A stretch of DNA of 64,000 bases from Octopus vulgaris (Eukaryota), in NCBI GenBank assembly GCA_951406725.2, contig OX597818.1, forward strand, positions 65,968,001-66,032,000, read 5' to 3'. The notes beneath the pieces are model-generated. The model saw nothing but the letters and a program-made list of their open reading frames with translations, was not told where the DNA came from and did not search any database. Position 1 is the first letter of the stretch. Each line of letters opens with the position of its first letter. Positions 13,569 through 27,989 of this stretch are shown here, piece after piece. The position numbers and the translations under genes were made by a program.

Positions 13569-13605
13569 CCGTTGTTGTTATTATTATTATTATCATTATT
13601 ATTAA
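13254..13605. repeat. Compound microsatellite (CTT)n(CTA)n..(TTA)n(TTG)n
   Basis: Directly visible. Confidence 0.95.
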
Positions 13606-14625
13606 CAACAACCACAACAATAGTAATAGTCTTCAATGTCCAGAATACATTAAACGCCCAACAGATGTTCTCGGTCTCGTCCATTAGTTTTTCGTTGTTT
13701 ATTTCCATTCAATCCTTCTGTTCAATATCGATAATTAGTTTCTTTTGCTCTTACTAAGTAGATCTCGATACACAGTTAAGATTGTGTTATAACTAGCGAT
13801 GTGCAGACCTCTATACCTCGTTAGCAAGAAAATGTGATAGAATGAAATTGATGTTTTTCTTCAATGATTAGATTCCTAAACCTTGCAGAAAATATAATTT
13901 GAAATGTCTTAGTAATGTAATGCAAAACCTATATTCCGAAGAATACTTGTATTCCGGCAAAATATTTGAAACTTAATTATTCTTGCGGTGTATTTTTCGT
14001 TTTAAGAGCACATATTCTGAAATACAAATGGGTTCTTTCCATTTATCCGTTATTCTACCAGTAACACATTTTTATTCACTGGAACACTAAGTCCACAATG
14101 TGTTTTAGGGTTATCTTATTAATGTCTGTGTCTTAAACAGAATCATAGGCTAGAAAATTTAGGAGCCTCTAAATCGTCATTCAGGCTGCTAGAAATAGCA
14201 GACGTATCATATTAAAGAAGAAACGAGAGAGATTGTGAACCATACAGTCATGGATTTGTAAGTCGTTGACATATTTATTGTAGGAACTACTTTGGTAAGA
14301 AGGCTGTTCACTCATACGCGAACTAGAAGAAAAATATCACCTCGTAGAAAAAAAGACGTTTCGCCCCGAACAAGCAAATGTCTGATATGAATGACGGATT
14401 ATGATGTGTTTTCGATAAACATTAATAAGATTAGGAAAGTCATCGTAATAGGATTAGCAGTATAACCTCGCACTAAATTCTTGTCGTTTCTTACGTCAAA
14501 GTGTGTTCCGTGTGAGGCAATTTCGCTACGAATAGTTTCGTTTTCGTAGATATTTGGTGTTGTACATATGTACGAGCACACTCACACACACATACACACA
14601 CATACACACATACACACACACACAT

Positions 14626-14673
<48 letters not shown>

Positions 14674-14689
14674 GAGCAAACTTGCTTAA

Positions 14690-16625
14690 TGTAAGAACCA
14701 CATTCGATAAAGTTCAGATGTTTGAGAGCCGCGAGACATGAACAAAATTTACATATATTTTTGTTACAAACTTTCTATATGAATATAATGAAATACATTT
14801 TTTGCAATAATACTTATTCATGTAAGCAGTTTTTTTTTAGATTATTAATTTGTATTGGTTTCTGTAGTTACAAATAAAACACATAAATAACAAACGTTTT
14901 CAACATCTTGACTAATGATTCTTTTAAATATCTGTTGAAATACCTGAAGAAATATATGCAAAAAAATAAGCAAATTAATAAAATTTGAGATATTTTAGAT
15001 ACCACCTTACAAAATTATATTCTTATCATGAAGGATTTATGATATACAGCCAATGGTACAAATATTGGGCTTTTAAAGCCGCTATTTACTGTTTTGTGGG
15101 TCTCCATCCTGACTGTGTTTTTGAATATCTGGCTGATACGTTGACATCGCTGTATGTATTAGCTCCGTTAGATGATGATTTGTGAGGATTGCATGACGCC
15201 TCGAATTCATAAGCTTCATTACAGAATACAATGATTCCCAGCAGTATACTTAACTGAAAATTGGGAAAGCCGCACAATAATTCTCATCAGTTTAGAATAT
15301 GATATTTCCAGAAATCAGTTGTAGACTGGGGTTAATGGATCATCTTTAGATCCAGGTCCGCGTGTAATTCCATTAATTTCATTTCTACAGCAGATGATTC
15401 CGATACCAGAGCTTCGAAAATTAGACATCCATCATTAACCACATCAACCACAAAATGATTTACAAGAAAGGCGAAGCAGGGCTTCAGCTTCCGCTAGTCA
15501 TCAAATTTGGCGAGGAAATTATCAAGCAGTCCTTGTAATTTATCTTTGTATTCTTCCAGTCTGTGGTATTTTGTTGCAATATCGTGGAATATATTTACTC
15601 TCCTACTGTGATTGGGAAAGTGTCTGAAATTTCTCGACAATATGTCTCTTTGAAAAAACTCTTATTTCATTCTGAAAGCTGAGTAAGATCAGAAACAATA
15701 TTATTCCTACATTGGAGAGCCAAGTTGAGAGGTTTTAGACGATTCATTGTGTCAGTAAGGAGCATCAGATCTTGCAAACATTCATCATTTCCCAGTTGGG
15801 GATAGGGTTTTTTCTTTTCTTTGATAAAAGTAATAACGAGCTCCAAAATATGAACAAACCTACTCAACTCATAGCTGGTTGATAGACACAGTTCAGTAGA
15901 AAGAGATATCACTGTGTTTATCTTCAAGATTCAGTTCTTCAATAAAATTTCTGAACTGTCGATGACAAATTCAGGGACAGATTCCATAACATCTTCAAAC
16001 TTGAAGTATCTTTCTGCCAGGTGTTCATGATGAATAACGCATTGAACAGGGAGAAACTCTGCATAAAGTGCAATTAACCCTACATTTTCCCTACCATTGC
16101 AGGTGCTCCATGTGTTGCAACACTAAAGCGTTTATTCAGTAGAGCATCAGCATTTTTTAAGTTTCTGTCAAGCGTACTTTTAATGTCAACACCATGAATT
16201 GATTCTTTGAAAGCCACCAAGTCCAACGGCGCTCCTTTCACAGTTACATCAGAGGAAACATAACGAATAAATTCTGCCAGTTGTGGGTTGTGTTGTATTT
16301 CTGTTGATTCGTCAAGACTTAAGCTGAATGCAACAGAATTTTTAAAAACCATTTTACATGTTGCCTGCAACATAAACACTGATCTGAGAGATATGCTTCT
16401 CTATAGCGTGGCGTGAAACTGGTGCTTGCGTTATAAGTCGCCGATGCCTTGTCTTATTTGGATCTAACACAGCAACTACTTCAGCTATGTTCTTCTAAAC
16501 TAATTCGCCATTAGAATATGGGCGTTTAGCACTGGCTTCAGTCATTGTGGCAGCTTCGTTTAGGTGGATAATCACCTGAAAAGCTTTTGTGACTTGTTTC
16601 ATAGTGGCGTTTCAACTAACTAGAT
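14690..16625 (-). mobile_element. Decayed hAT DNA transposon (Charlie/SPIN-like, GTF2IRD2/EPM2AIP1-type transposase)
   Basis: FSLSLDESTEIQHNPQLAEFIRYV and SVATHGAPAMVGK (DEST/TDGA motifs), YPQLGNDECLQDLMLLTD..LNLALQ, and a C-terminal CWESLYSVMKLMNSRRHAILTNHHL resembling the hAT dimerisation domain. Many stops and frameshifts. Boundaries are approximate. Confidence 0.85.
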
Positions 16626-16637
16626 TTGCAATGATAT

Positions 16638-16685
16638 GGGAGTGGATTTGGTAGACAGAAACCGAAACAAGCCCGTTCTATAAAT

Positions 16686-16749
<64 letters not shown>

Positions 16750-16960
16750 TATATGTGTGTGTGTAAATATATATGTATGTATCTGTGTTTTGTCCCCACA
16801 CCAGCGATTTTGCTGTGTTTATGTCCGCGTAAATTAGCGGTCCGCCAAAAGACTGATAGAATAAGTACTATGCTTACAAAGAATAAGTCCTGGTGTCGAT
16901 GTGTTCAACCAAAGGCGTTGCTCCAGCATGGCTGCAGTAAAAAATTACTGAAACAACCAA
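16638..16960 (+). mobile_element. SINE family B, 5'-truncated degenerate copy
   Basis: GAGTGGATTTGGTAGACAGAAAC, internal (TA)n, GATAGAATAAGTAC..CTCCAGCATGGC tail. Matches 17140-17445. Confidence 0.8.
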
Positions 16961-16968
16961 TAAAGGAT

Positions 16969-17020
<52 letters not shown>

Positions 17021-17022
<2 letters not shown>

Positions 17023-17183
17023 CGCAGGAGTGGCTGTGTGGTATGTAGCTTGCTTACCAACCACATGGTTCCGGGTTCAGTCCCACTGCGTGGCATCTTG
17101 GGCAAGTGTCTTCTGCTATAGCCCCGGGCCGACCAATGCCTTGTGAGTGGATTTGGTAGACGGAAACTGAAAGAAGCCCGTCG

Positions 17184-17243
<60 letters not shown>

Positions 17244-17445
17244 TTGTGTGTCTGTGTTTGTCCCCCTAGCATTTCTTGACAACCGATGTTGGTGTGTTTA
17301 CGTCCCCGTCACTTAGCGGTTAGGCAAAAGAGACAGATAGAATAAGTACTGGGCTTACAAAGAATAAGTCCCGGGGTCGATTCGCTCGACTAAAGGCGGT
17401 GCTCCAGCATGGCCGCAGTCAAATGACTGAAACAAGTAAGAAAAA
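17021..17445 (+). mobile_element. SINE family B, full length (tRNA head, CORE-like block, internal TA/TG microsatellite)
   Basis: GGCGCAGGAGTGGCTGTGTGG (A box), GGGTTCAGTCCC (B box), CTTGGGCAAGTG. Homologous to 53770-54582 (-) and 60955-61390 (+). Confidence 0.9.
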
Positions 17446-17452
17446 TAAATGC

Positions 17453-17507
<55 letters not shown>

Positions 17508-17511
17508 AATA

Positions 17512-17547
<36 letters not shown>

Positions 17548-18311
17548 CGCATACATATACATATACATGCACACACACACACACACATATATATATATGT
17601 ATATGAATGTATGTGCGTGCGAGTACGTACAAGGTTGAGCGTTTTTGATTGACCACACTCACCATTGTACTCTCAGTTTTCGTTGGCATTTGTATTCACA
17701 TGAGCGTGTCTCATTGTTATCGTCTTCCTAAATATCATGAGTGTCTATTTAGTACTAATTCTAATTTTTTTCTTTTCTTTTTTCATGACGCTTATTTCAA
17801 AATTATTTTTCAACGACGTCTTTTTAATATCACTTGATCTCTCTTTAGAAAATAGAACCAACAAAACGAAATAAATACAAAATACCGTCCACTAACATGT
17901 GGATAATGTAATTACAGCGTAGAATATATAATGAGGATAAAAAATATTAATTCAAGAATCTGGAGTTGTAAAACAAAGGAATGGTTACAAATAAATCACC
18001 GCCTTTCACAATTATTTAACTTGTCAATTTTTATTCATTTTATCATTATTATTAAAAATATCAATTATTTTTTATTAATATATAGTTATAATTTTTAATA
18101 CTGTTACTAATATTGTTTCTCCCAAAAATTATTTTGTTCTACGCCTTAATATAACAGTCGCCTTATATTCTATTTTTTATATACATTTATATGATATTCC
18201 GTTACACTCCTATTTAACCTAACGCCATCTTGTTTCCTAGTTTCTTTCTAACGGTCTTTCTTTCTTTCAATCTTCTTTATTTCCTTCCTTCTCTTTCTCT
18301 CACTCCCTTTA

Positions 18312-18345
<34 letters not shown>

Positions 18346-18723
18346 AATATCTGATACACTCTAACCGTAGTACCACCTCTCTTCTTTAATTACAAAATAA
18401 AGTTTCTTCTCATGTTTACTCGTACTTTAATTTATTCATATTAATTCGATTTTTGTCAAAATTTACATTTTTGTTTAGTCTGTTTACTTCCTGTCTCTGG
18501 AAGTTTCATTAAATTAGGTTTAATTAATAATGGGAATCTTATTTCTGTGTCACAGTTTGAACTGATGTTTTAGAAATGGCTGAACAATCCTTTCATACTC
18601 ATACAATACGGCAATATATGGATATACATACATACATACATACATACATACATACATACATACATACATACATTCACACACACACACATCACACACACAC
18701 ACACAAATATATATATTTATATA

Positions 18724-18803
<80 letters not shown>

Positions 18804-20419
18804 CATATGTGTGTGTGTATGTTTTATATATATACATTGGTATATACATGCGTGTGTCTGTGCCTGTGTTTCTATGTATGTATGCATATATGAGTATGTT
18901 GTTTTATACGTAAGGAAAGGATGAGAGTTGTAGGGAGATTCTGGTGTATGTCTGTTGTGTATGGGAATAAAAATATCGTGAACACACTTCAACCATAGAG
19001 TAGTAGTCTCCTTTGTGTTTTATTTTCTCACTATTTATTATTTTTCGTTTCGCTTTTCTTTTATTCTCATTTGTTATTGATATTATTGTAAATATTATGT
19101 TGTAATTTTCTACACCTTATTTCACTGAGAATTCAATACACCTGAATAATAGCATGAAAAAAAATACTTTAAAAAGTTTTTTTCCCAAAAATTTTTTGGG
19201 ATTTTTAAAGCATTTTTTTTTCTACATGACTTGGAAAACAAAATGTTCATATTATTATATTTTGTTTAACATAATCGATTGTTCTTCTGCAGTTTGCGGA
19301 TTTTGAATAACGAAGTTAGTGTATGATGTAAGTACAGATGTTTGTAGAAAGTAAGTGTACGAAATAATAGTTCTTAGTTTTGTCTGGTTATGGTTATGAT
19401 ATCAGAAAAAAATGAATAAGAAATTATTTGTCTATCTTTGCTGTGCTGTTGCTGTAGTTCTTATGTAAAAGAAAGTCAATTTAGATGAGGAGACATATGA
19501 TGAAGTAAATATCACAGATCACTTGGTTAACTTGTTTCTTCAAAGCTTTGTCTGAAACTAGGACTGTTACCATTGTTACATAAGAAACAACATTGAAGGT
19601 AAAGTTGGGGACCTACACTTTCAATTGATGTCATTTTAAAGGATGATTAAAAGATTTAATATCATAGATTAGAGAATAACAAATTGAAAGTAGCGAGTTG
19701 CGGAGAAAAGCAGTTCATCTAAACGCTTTATTAAAATAAAGGGAACTGTGAATAATTTAAGGCTCAACAGAGAAATGATGTGCCTTAATAACGTGGGCAC
19801 ACGTTCAAATTTCTTCACAAAAATAAAAAAAAAGCACAAAGTTCATCAGATCAATGAACATGCAAATATTTCTAGATATATTTAAGAATTGGAGAAAAAT
19901 ATGCGAAAAATTCCAACATTCAATATTTTCGGGAAAAAATAATACTGAGTGTTCGCAAAGTAATGTTTCATTGTACAATCTTTTGAAGAAGACATGGTTA
20001 TATTTTGAGTACAATCAAATGTTTCTGCTTCCATAGACAACGACCACGTAAAGTCACCGACACTAATATTGGTAATATTTGTAGTGAAGTCCCTCAAAAC
20101 ACACTGTCACAATCTGAGTTTTAAAGAAATCATGAATTAATAACTATTAGTTTTGACTGGTTATCCATGAACTGACTGGCTACGATCGACATTAATTGCA
20201 TCAGTGTGCACAGGGAGAATAATCACGTATGGACTTATACGTAGGTGTGTAATAGAGAAAACATCAAAAATATGCATACATCGCATCTTCATGTAAAATT
20301 GAATACAAGCCTAGAAACATGTGTTACTACAATTCCGTAACTTCAAGTGGGACCGATATTTATTTAGATACATAATCGGATACAACACTTTTTATAACAG
20401 AACATAACTTTTTCTGATA

Positions 20420-20620
20420 TCTTTCATTTGCTTCAATCAACTGCGGCCAGTTTATGGCACCGTCTTCAAGAATTTTTACTCGAATGAATCAACGCCACTA
20501 CATATCTTTATAAGCTTGATACGAAATCGATCAGACTTGCTGGTGACCTTCAAAATTAGGGAGGTCTAAAGGTAGTAAAACCAGTTGTCAAATGGCGGTG
20601 GTGACAAATACACACACACA
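20420..20620 (-). mobile_element. SINE family B, degenerate tail
   Basis: TTTGCTTCAATCAACTGCGGCCA...GTTGTCAAA..GGTGACAAATACACAC aligns loosely with 53785-53975. Confidence 0.5.
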
Positions 20621-21085
20621 TTTTACTCCTTCCGAGGTTCGCTAGCTATGAAATATATGTAACCAGGACTTTATCAACTCAATGTCTTAATTTATATATA
20701 TATATATATATATATATACATAAAATGTTTAAGGCATGCTGTCCACTGGTAAAATCTTTTCATTAAAATTTATCTTAATATCAGAACTATATATACATAT
20801 ATATATATATATATGCGATGGTTTTGTAAATCGGCTTCGATTTTTACAATTCTGTGAAGAATACTAATAGTATTTTTAGTCTTAAAATTTATATTCTATC
20901 ACCGTGCAATGTCTAAATCAAATAGTTTGATAATGGGGATTAGAAGCCCTCGGCGGTAAAAAAAAGTAGGTTCTCCTTCGAGGTATTATTTGCCTCATTA
21001 TTAGACTAATTTCTTTAGTCATTGCACGTTGATCGCTTATAAGTTTTTAACTTATAAAATAATATTGATATATATATATATATAT

Positions 21086-21290
21086 AACGGGAAGCTTTAT
21101 GAAAATAGACAAAAGACGAAGGCAGGTGGAAAACAAACGAACAATTGTATTAGTATGGCGCTCAGGAAATATAAATAAAACAAGTCTTTAACGTTTCGAG
21201 CCTACGCTCTTCAACAGAAAGATACACAGAGAGAAAAAAAACACAGAAAGAAGGAGAGAAAAAAATGCGTGCAGTAGCTAACGAATCAAC
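21086..21290 (-). mobile_element. Short repeat in (TA)n carrying a minimal hammerhead-like motif
   Basis: Minus strand 21222-21185 reads TCTTT-CTGTTGA-A-GAGC-GTAG-GCTC-GAAA-CG-TT-AAAGA. Shares the layout and downstream TTCCTGAGCG with 33420-33590. Confidence 0.7.
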
Positions 21291-22822
21291 ATATATATAT
21301 ACGTGAGTGTGTGTGTGTATGTATATATGTATATATGTTCCTATATACGCAAGTACGTAGGTTTCTACGTATGTATGTAGTGGGTAGGTAGGTATGAATA
21401 TAATGAGGAAGTAACATTTTCTGTGAGAAAACCTGGGAGTATTTTCTACAGAAAACATTGCGCTAAACAATTGAAACCATCACGAATCAGTCAGCAATTT
21501 TACAATGATACAGTTGTTACGGAATATAACATCGACATTATATAACACGTAAATGACACACCGTAAGAGCTGCACGATGTACCCTGTTATGGACATCTTA
21601 CAAAAGACTTGGCCGAGTATCACCGACTCTCACATCAATTACTATTTTATTCTACTCTTAACATTTGATGTTCGATACATTCATGCTCTGTGATTACTTT
21701 GTCCTTGTGGTTTTATAGTCATTTCATATAGTTGACATCTTTCATTTGCAACTTTTGCATTCTGGTATTATTTAGGATTTATAAAATCGTCGCGGAATAA
21801 CTGCTTTCACTTTCTTAGAATGGGGGAATACTGCAGTTATAAGTGTGCATATAGCAATGAATAATTCCTAACTTTGTTAATAATTAAACTCAAACAGATC
21901 TAGTCCTCGGCTGAGACTAGCAGTTAATGAAAGTAAAGTTGTGTTAAATTTCAGTTGAGCATGTGTAGATAGTTTTAAAATGAATCTCCCTTCTTATTCT
22001 ATGACTTGAAAGGACAAGAAAGTGATGTGACAATGGTTAATAATTCCCGAAATATCAAAATCAATATTTTACTTATAACATTGTTCCTATTGTTTTCAAT
22101 ATGGTAACTATGATTTAAATTCAGAAGAAATAAAAAATGATGGAAAGAAGAGTTAAATCATTCATATCTTATTCTTCGATGATAAAACAAATGAAAAAAC
22201 CTGAACAATATTTTCAAAAAATAACATCGGAAATAACTGTCCATACATATTCTGATTCCGCTCAGCTGCCATAGACATTTAATATATTGAATAGACGCTG
22301 GCTTCTGAATATTCTATAATATTCTTCTAGTTCAAATCGCTCTTAAATTAATATTTCACGAAAAATATACATTAAAATATTCAAGAAATTGAATAAAATT
22401 TCTCTGAGATATTTTGATTTATAAGAATACATATATATTTAGGAATATACACACGCACGCACAATTTTATGCTCATGCGTATGTATGTATGCAGCTTTGT
22501 TTTCATCGCGTGCTTTTAATATTTATTACTATAACACTATATATGTATGATGTGCATTTATATATGTGTGTGTGCGTCTGCGTCAATGTTTGTGTGTTTG
22601 TGTATGTACAGGCGTATACATGCATATATGCATATATAGAAATGCACATTTATTAAGAATTCCTTGAAAAGTTTTAATAAAAATCGTTGCACAAAATCAC
22701 TGTGATGTTACGTTGGTGAATAGTTCTCCTTTTCATAACGAAACAAGAAACAAATCGATGTAAGTTATTTAACACATATTTAGCCACAGTAAACAAAGCT
22801 AGTTGACTGGGAAGAGAGAGAG

Positions 22823-22885
<63 letters not shown>

Positions 22886-23202
22886 TTCAATAAAATGTGA
22901 AATTACAGTTTTTACGAATAACATATAAATGAAAATTACAAAAGATAAACGATTGAAATGGAAAAATTTAGAAATACTTTAAAAAAGAATTCATGTTTTG
23001 ATTATTAAAAAAAGGAAAAAAATGTGGGAAGATTTTTTTTAAAAACATGATCGACTGAACGTCAGTTTGAAATATCCATGACATGATAGTTTCCTTGTTA
23101 AAATGCAATAGTTTGGAGTGAAAAAATCGTATAATGGACATGTGTCGTGTAATCTGGTTTTTCGGAACGATATTTTAGAATTCTTATCATCAATTTTTGT
23201 AA

Positions 23203-23397
23203 AAGGCCACCAATTGTGTGGGAGGTGATATGTCGATTATAACTACGCCAGTGTTCAAATGGTGCTTATTTCATTGTGCCCAAATGAATGAAAGGCACAT
23301 TCGACCTCGGTGGCACTTGAATTGAGCTCTTAAAGACGGACGAAATACTGATGAATATTTTGTCCGGCGTGTTAAACACTCTATCAACTGACCACCC
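23203..23397 (-). mobile_element. SINE family A, old copy
   Basis: ATGAAAGGCACATTCGACCTCGGTGG..GACGGACGAAATAC..TCCGGCGTGTTAA. Confidence 0.7.
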
Positions 23398-25430
23398 CAA
23401 TATTTTAGAAATAATGACATTACTTAATCCACTTGACATGGCCATAGTTTTTCATAAGTTTATTTCTATGATTTCTTGATCACATGTTCAATATTTTGTA
23501 TAACGAGATTTGCAGTGCTACATCTTTACATGGGGACGACTCAACAGTTTGATAAACACTGGTTTACGTTGTGATTTTCTTGATTAGCACCTAATGAATA
23601 ACAAAGTTTAAGGTAGAATTCCTCGATATGCATTCGTTTTCTAAAAACAAAAACCAGAATTGTGAACCAGGGAACGTTTTGTTAGAATAATATAAATGGA
23701 ACTTGAAACACAGGAAAGTTCCCTGACCAGCAGTCTACTGATAAGATCAATTCTCTCAGCATCTTCTGATTGTATTTTACGCTTCAAAATCCCCAGTGGC
23801 CATTTTGCAGGCCTTTTTTGCCCTTTGTGTCAAGTACTAAAATTTAATGCTAATGCTGGTAAAATATTATCGTAACATATTTTCAGTTTCATACAGCAAA
23901 GAAAGAATTTTTAGAAGACTTCACGAGAAATTTTTTTTTAATATCGTTTTCAGAAGACGAATCCATGCTCCCAAAGTTTACCTATCCAAAGATGAATGCA
24001 CTTTTACTCGTAGTATACTACACCAAGCTTTATTAAGCTTTATAATATTATATTAAACCGATTCACTAAAATTGATAATCATTTCTTTTCTGTTTTTTTT
24101 TTGGTTTTCAAATATTGACAGAGTTACCTTCAAAATACATGATACATATTTCGAACCAATATTATCTTCCACTATCTTCTACTGCACGTAACTGTAAGAA
24201 TAGTTATGTTTTACATGGTACAAGTTAAAATATCTTCATTATATCAGCTTTTATACACCTGTCATCAATAACATTGTACATCCGCTGAAATGGAAAGGAT
24301 TACTCATCTAATGAATTCTTCTGGGTCTGCGTATGAAATATTAAGATTAATCCACAGATGACTTTAGTAGCATAATCATCTACCGAGAGATCATAAATGT
24401 GGAAGGCGTACGTCATAATAAAATATCTGCTAGCCTTAGCGAACTCACATATCATAAAGCATATTTTATATATGATATTATATTTCATTTTTTACCAAAA
24501 ATTAACGGTATAATTTGAAAGATATTTGATGTTTTCGCAAGCTGGAGGAGTCATGCAAACGGCTCAATTATTGTCATTTAGTATCAGAGTATGTGAGACG
24601 TCAGACACTTATACATTTTTAAATATATTGCCTTGCTTCAGATAATTTTTAACATAACCTGGAAGAATGAATTAAGCTATATTCATTGAAGCAGGAGTAA
24701 TACATTGGATTTGCTGTCATTATCTCGCATAATTCGTATCCATCCCTTTGTAAAAGTATTCTTCAATTATGTTTGCGAATTCCTTGCTAGATGGATTTCA
24801 CGAATTCTTTATTTACTCATCTATCTATGTATATATTAATCAAGTTATCCAACACTCATACTTACCGCTTCATTTCTTTACTAGATAACTCTCATATGTA
24901 TTGTGTAGAGGACAATGCATAGCTCTGTTCACCTCTCTAGTATTTCTATAACATGTTACCCTGTCATTCATCGTTATTAGTTCCTCAGCTCATAGATTGT
25001 AAGCGCTGTAGCATTGATGCATGTTAAATTAATTTCCATTGTTGAATAGTATTACTCGCAGCATACTACTTGGAACTCTTAGATTACACTAGATAATTAA
25101 GAAATTATTAAGAAATCATATTTCTTGCGCAAATTCAAAACCGCCATTATGAAGTCCCAGTTCCCTATGAATGTTTTCAACCTGACATTTGAAAGGGGGG
25201 ATCTAGGAATAATAGAGTTTCACCAAAGAAAATAATAGACTATAAGAAGGGACATTAATTCAGGTAATTTTCCGTCCTTTTCATAAAATTCTTGCATTTA
25301 GAACACAAAAATGTTCGACGATATCAGCAACAAAATTGAAATCAAACTCTTTAAAATCACAAAAATATTCAGCCATACATTTTTAAGCATTGGAACGACA
25401 CACCAAATATTCATACACAGACACACCTAG

Positions 25431-25484
<54 letters not shown>

Positions 25485-26880
25485 AGAAATATATTAATGC
25501 GCACATATTTAAAAATATACAAGCACACACATGTCTATAAATTGTTCACAACATTTACACAGACAAAGTTACTCAGCTAAAACTAAAAAAAACGTCCCCA
25601 GCGCATAGCATTCACACCGAAAACATAACAAATCATCTTCCCGCGGTCAGATTCTTCCGAAACAACACCAACAAATTGTGACACCACAAAACACACCTAA
25701 CAAAAACCCATCCATCTCTCTATTCTTGTTGTTGTTTCTATTATTTCCAGGAATTTCCTGAAAAAGTCAGATCCCACTTGACAATCATTGAACAATGTTA
25801 CTAGAATTCCTTCCGCCTCTAACTCTACTTTTTTAGTTCGCTTATTTTGGTTTTACCTCTTGGTAAATTCCCCCACGGCCATTATTACTTTAAATTTTTC
25901 TTCTGTTTATGCTGTCATTGTTTTTATTTTTTCCATATGTTATATTTCTAATCCCATTCAAACCAATCTCATCTTCAGCCAGTCAACCGTTTCCTCTTGT
26001 CATCTGTCCTCCGTCTGCTATCCATCAAGCCGAACACTCATTCATGCTCAATGATTTCAATATAATCTCAATCAGTTATTATCATTTCCGTTATTCCATT
26101 TAGAATATCCTCATAATAATATTTTATTGCTTCTCTCTTACACCTGTCTTCAGACTGTTATTTGCCATCAGAATATTTATTTATTTTCTCTTATTTCGTT
26201 TTCTTCTTCCATTCCTCCATTTCATTTTTTCTTTCTGTATCAATTCTCCTTAATCATATTCTATTTTCTCCCAATATTCATTTTCCTCACTTAATTCTAA
26301 TACATCTGTTACGCTTTTTTTTGTCTTTATTATGTTTGTTACATTTTCTGACTATTATTTAAAAAAAAAAAATCTTCTCTATTTTATATTTGAAATAGTT
26401 CATATTTCTTTCTTTTTAACATTCAACAAAATTATCATCGATATCAATTATTCACGTATCTCTAGTTCCCATCTTGTCTTCATTTAATATGCAAACTCTT
26501 CACAAATTGAGAAATCTATCCCACAGTTTAGTGTTGGCCCTCTTTAGGTATGTGTCATTAACTAAGCCAGGTGTCTACCAATCAATGAAGGTCTTACATA
26601 TTTCCTTGATAGTCTTCTAGTCCGTCAATCTTATCTTACGCGTTTTCATTTTTCTCTCTAGTATTCCAGCTCTACAATCTAACTATAATATGCAAAGCTA
26701 CGTAACTTTGAGATACGGAGATTCGTGATAACAAAGATATCGGATCCTGTACCACATCAAGCCAATATGGACTGTTCCTTTCACCGACAGCGCTACGCAA
26801 TGGTTCCGTGACAGCTCGTGTTTTTCACTCCTAATACATCTGATGCTTCAAACCATTTCATATGGCATGAAACTTCACGA

Positions 26881-27115
26881 AGGCGGCAAGCAGGCAGAAA
26901 CGTTAGCACGCCGGGCGAAATGCTCAGCGGTATTTCGTCTGCCGCTACGTTCTGAGTTCAAATTCCGCTGAGGTCGACTTTGCCTTTCATCCTTTCGGAG
27001 TCGAAAAATTAAGTACCAGTTACGCACTGAGGTCGATATAATCGACTTAATCCGTTTGTCTGTCCTCGTCTGTCCCTTCTGTATCTAGCCCCTTGTAGGT
27101 AGTAAAGAAATAGGT
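26881..27115 (+). mobile_element. SINE family A monomer
   Basis: Closely matches 8088-8316. TSD ATGAAACTTCAC at 26867-26878 and 27116-27127. Confidence 0.92.
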
Positions 27116-27877
27116 ATGAAACTTCACATTCCAAACACAACAAAATTCCAGTGTCCCGCCTGATATTTCCTCAGTCGGTTTTAATCAGTCCAAATGCTTA
27201 GTCTTACATCACAATTTTAATAGCCTGTAAAATCTCTACCATTCTGTAGAAGCTGTTAATTTTCCCCTGCCGCTCAGCCTAGCACAAATCGATTCCGTGA
27301 GCATGAATAGAACTGGGTGACAGATCGCGAAAGATACGAGAACGAATGTTCGCTGGACGATGTCGGACATTGGTGCAGCTAGGACTGCGAGCCTCCATAG
27401 CGCGACGGCGAGCGGAGGTAGGCGTGGTCGCTAGAAGGCGAGGACGGAATCGAATGGAAAAGCATTCCCGGGCAGCGGCAGTCAAAAGTACGGCAACAAG
27501 GCAGCGGCAAAGAGTCGGATCATGCGAAAGAACGAACGGGTGGACCTGCTAAAACGGCGATGTGTACCACAGTGAAGAGCGGGTGTGTAGAAGCAAGCGC
27601 GGTTACTGCCGGAGTTCGAAGTGGAGAGAGACAACGACAGTTGCCTTTAATTGCTTACTAAACAGCAGCACCCTTGTTAAAATAATTCTTACTAAATTTT
27701 CGGTGCTCTTCTCTTTAAAACAAAAAAAACAAAAACGAACAATGAGGCTCTCTAACGAGTGAGCTATGTAGTTTTTCCCTAAATTCTCTGTCCTATTTGT
27801 TTCCGTTTATGTACTATAAACTATCGGCCTGGCTCCTCTGAATCTACTGTCTTCCACACCAAAATTCTACTCCACAT

Positions 27878-27951
<74 letters not shown>

Positions 27952-27989
27952 ACACATACACACACACATACACACACACACATACACAC

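Noticed and set aside
15000-16620. Host GTF2IRD2/EPM2AIP1/ZBED-type domesticated gene
   Set aside because: Multiple stops and frameshifts and an altered TDGA motif indicate a dead hAT transposon.
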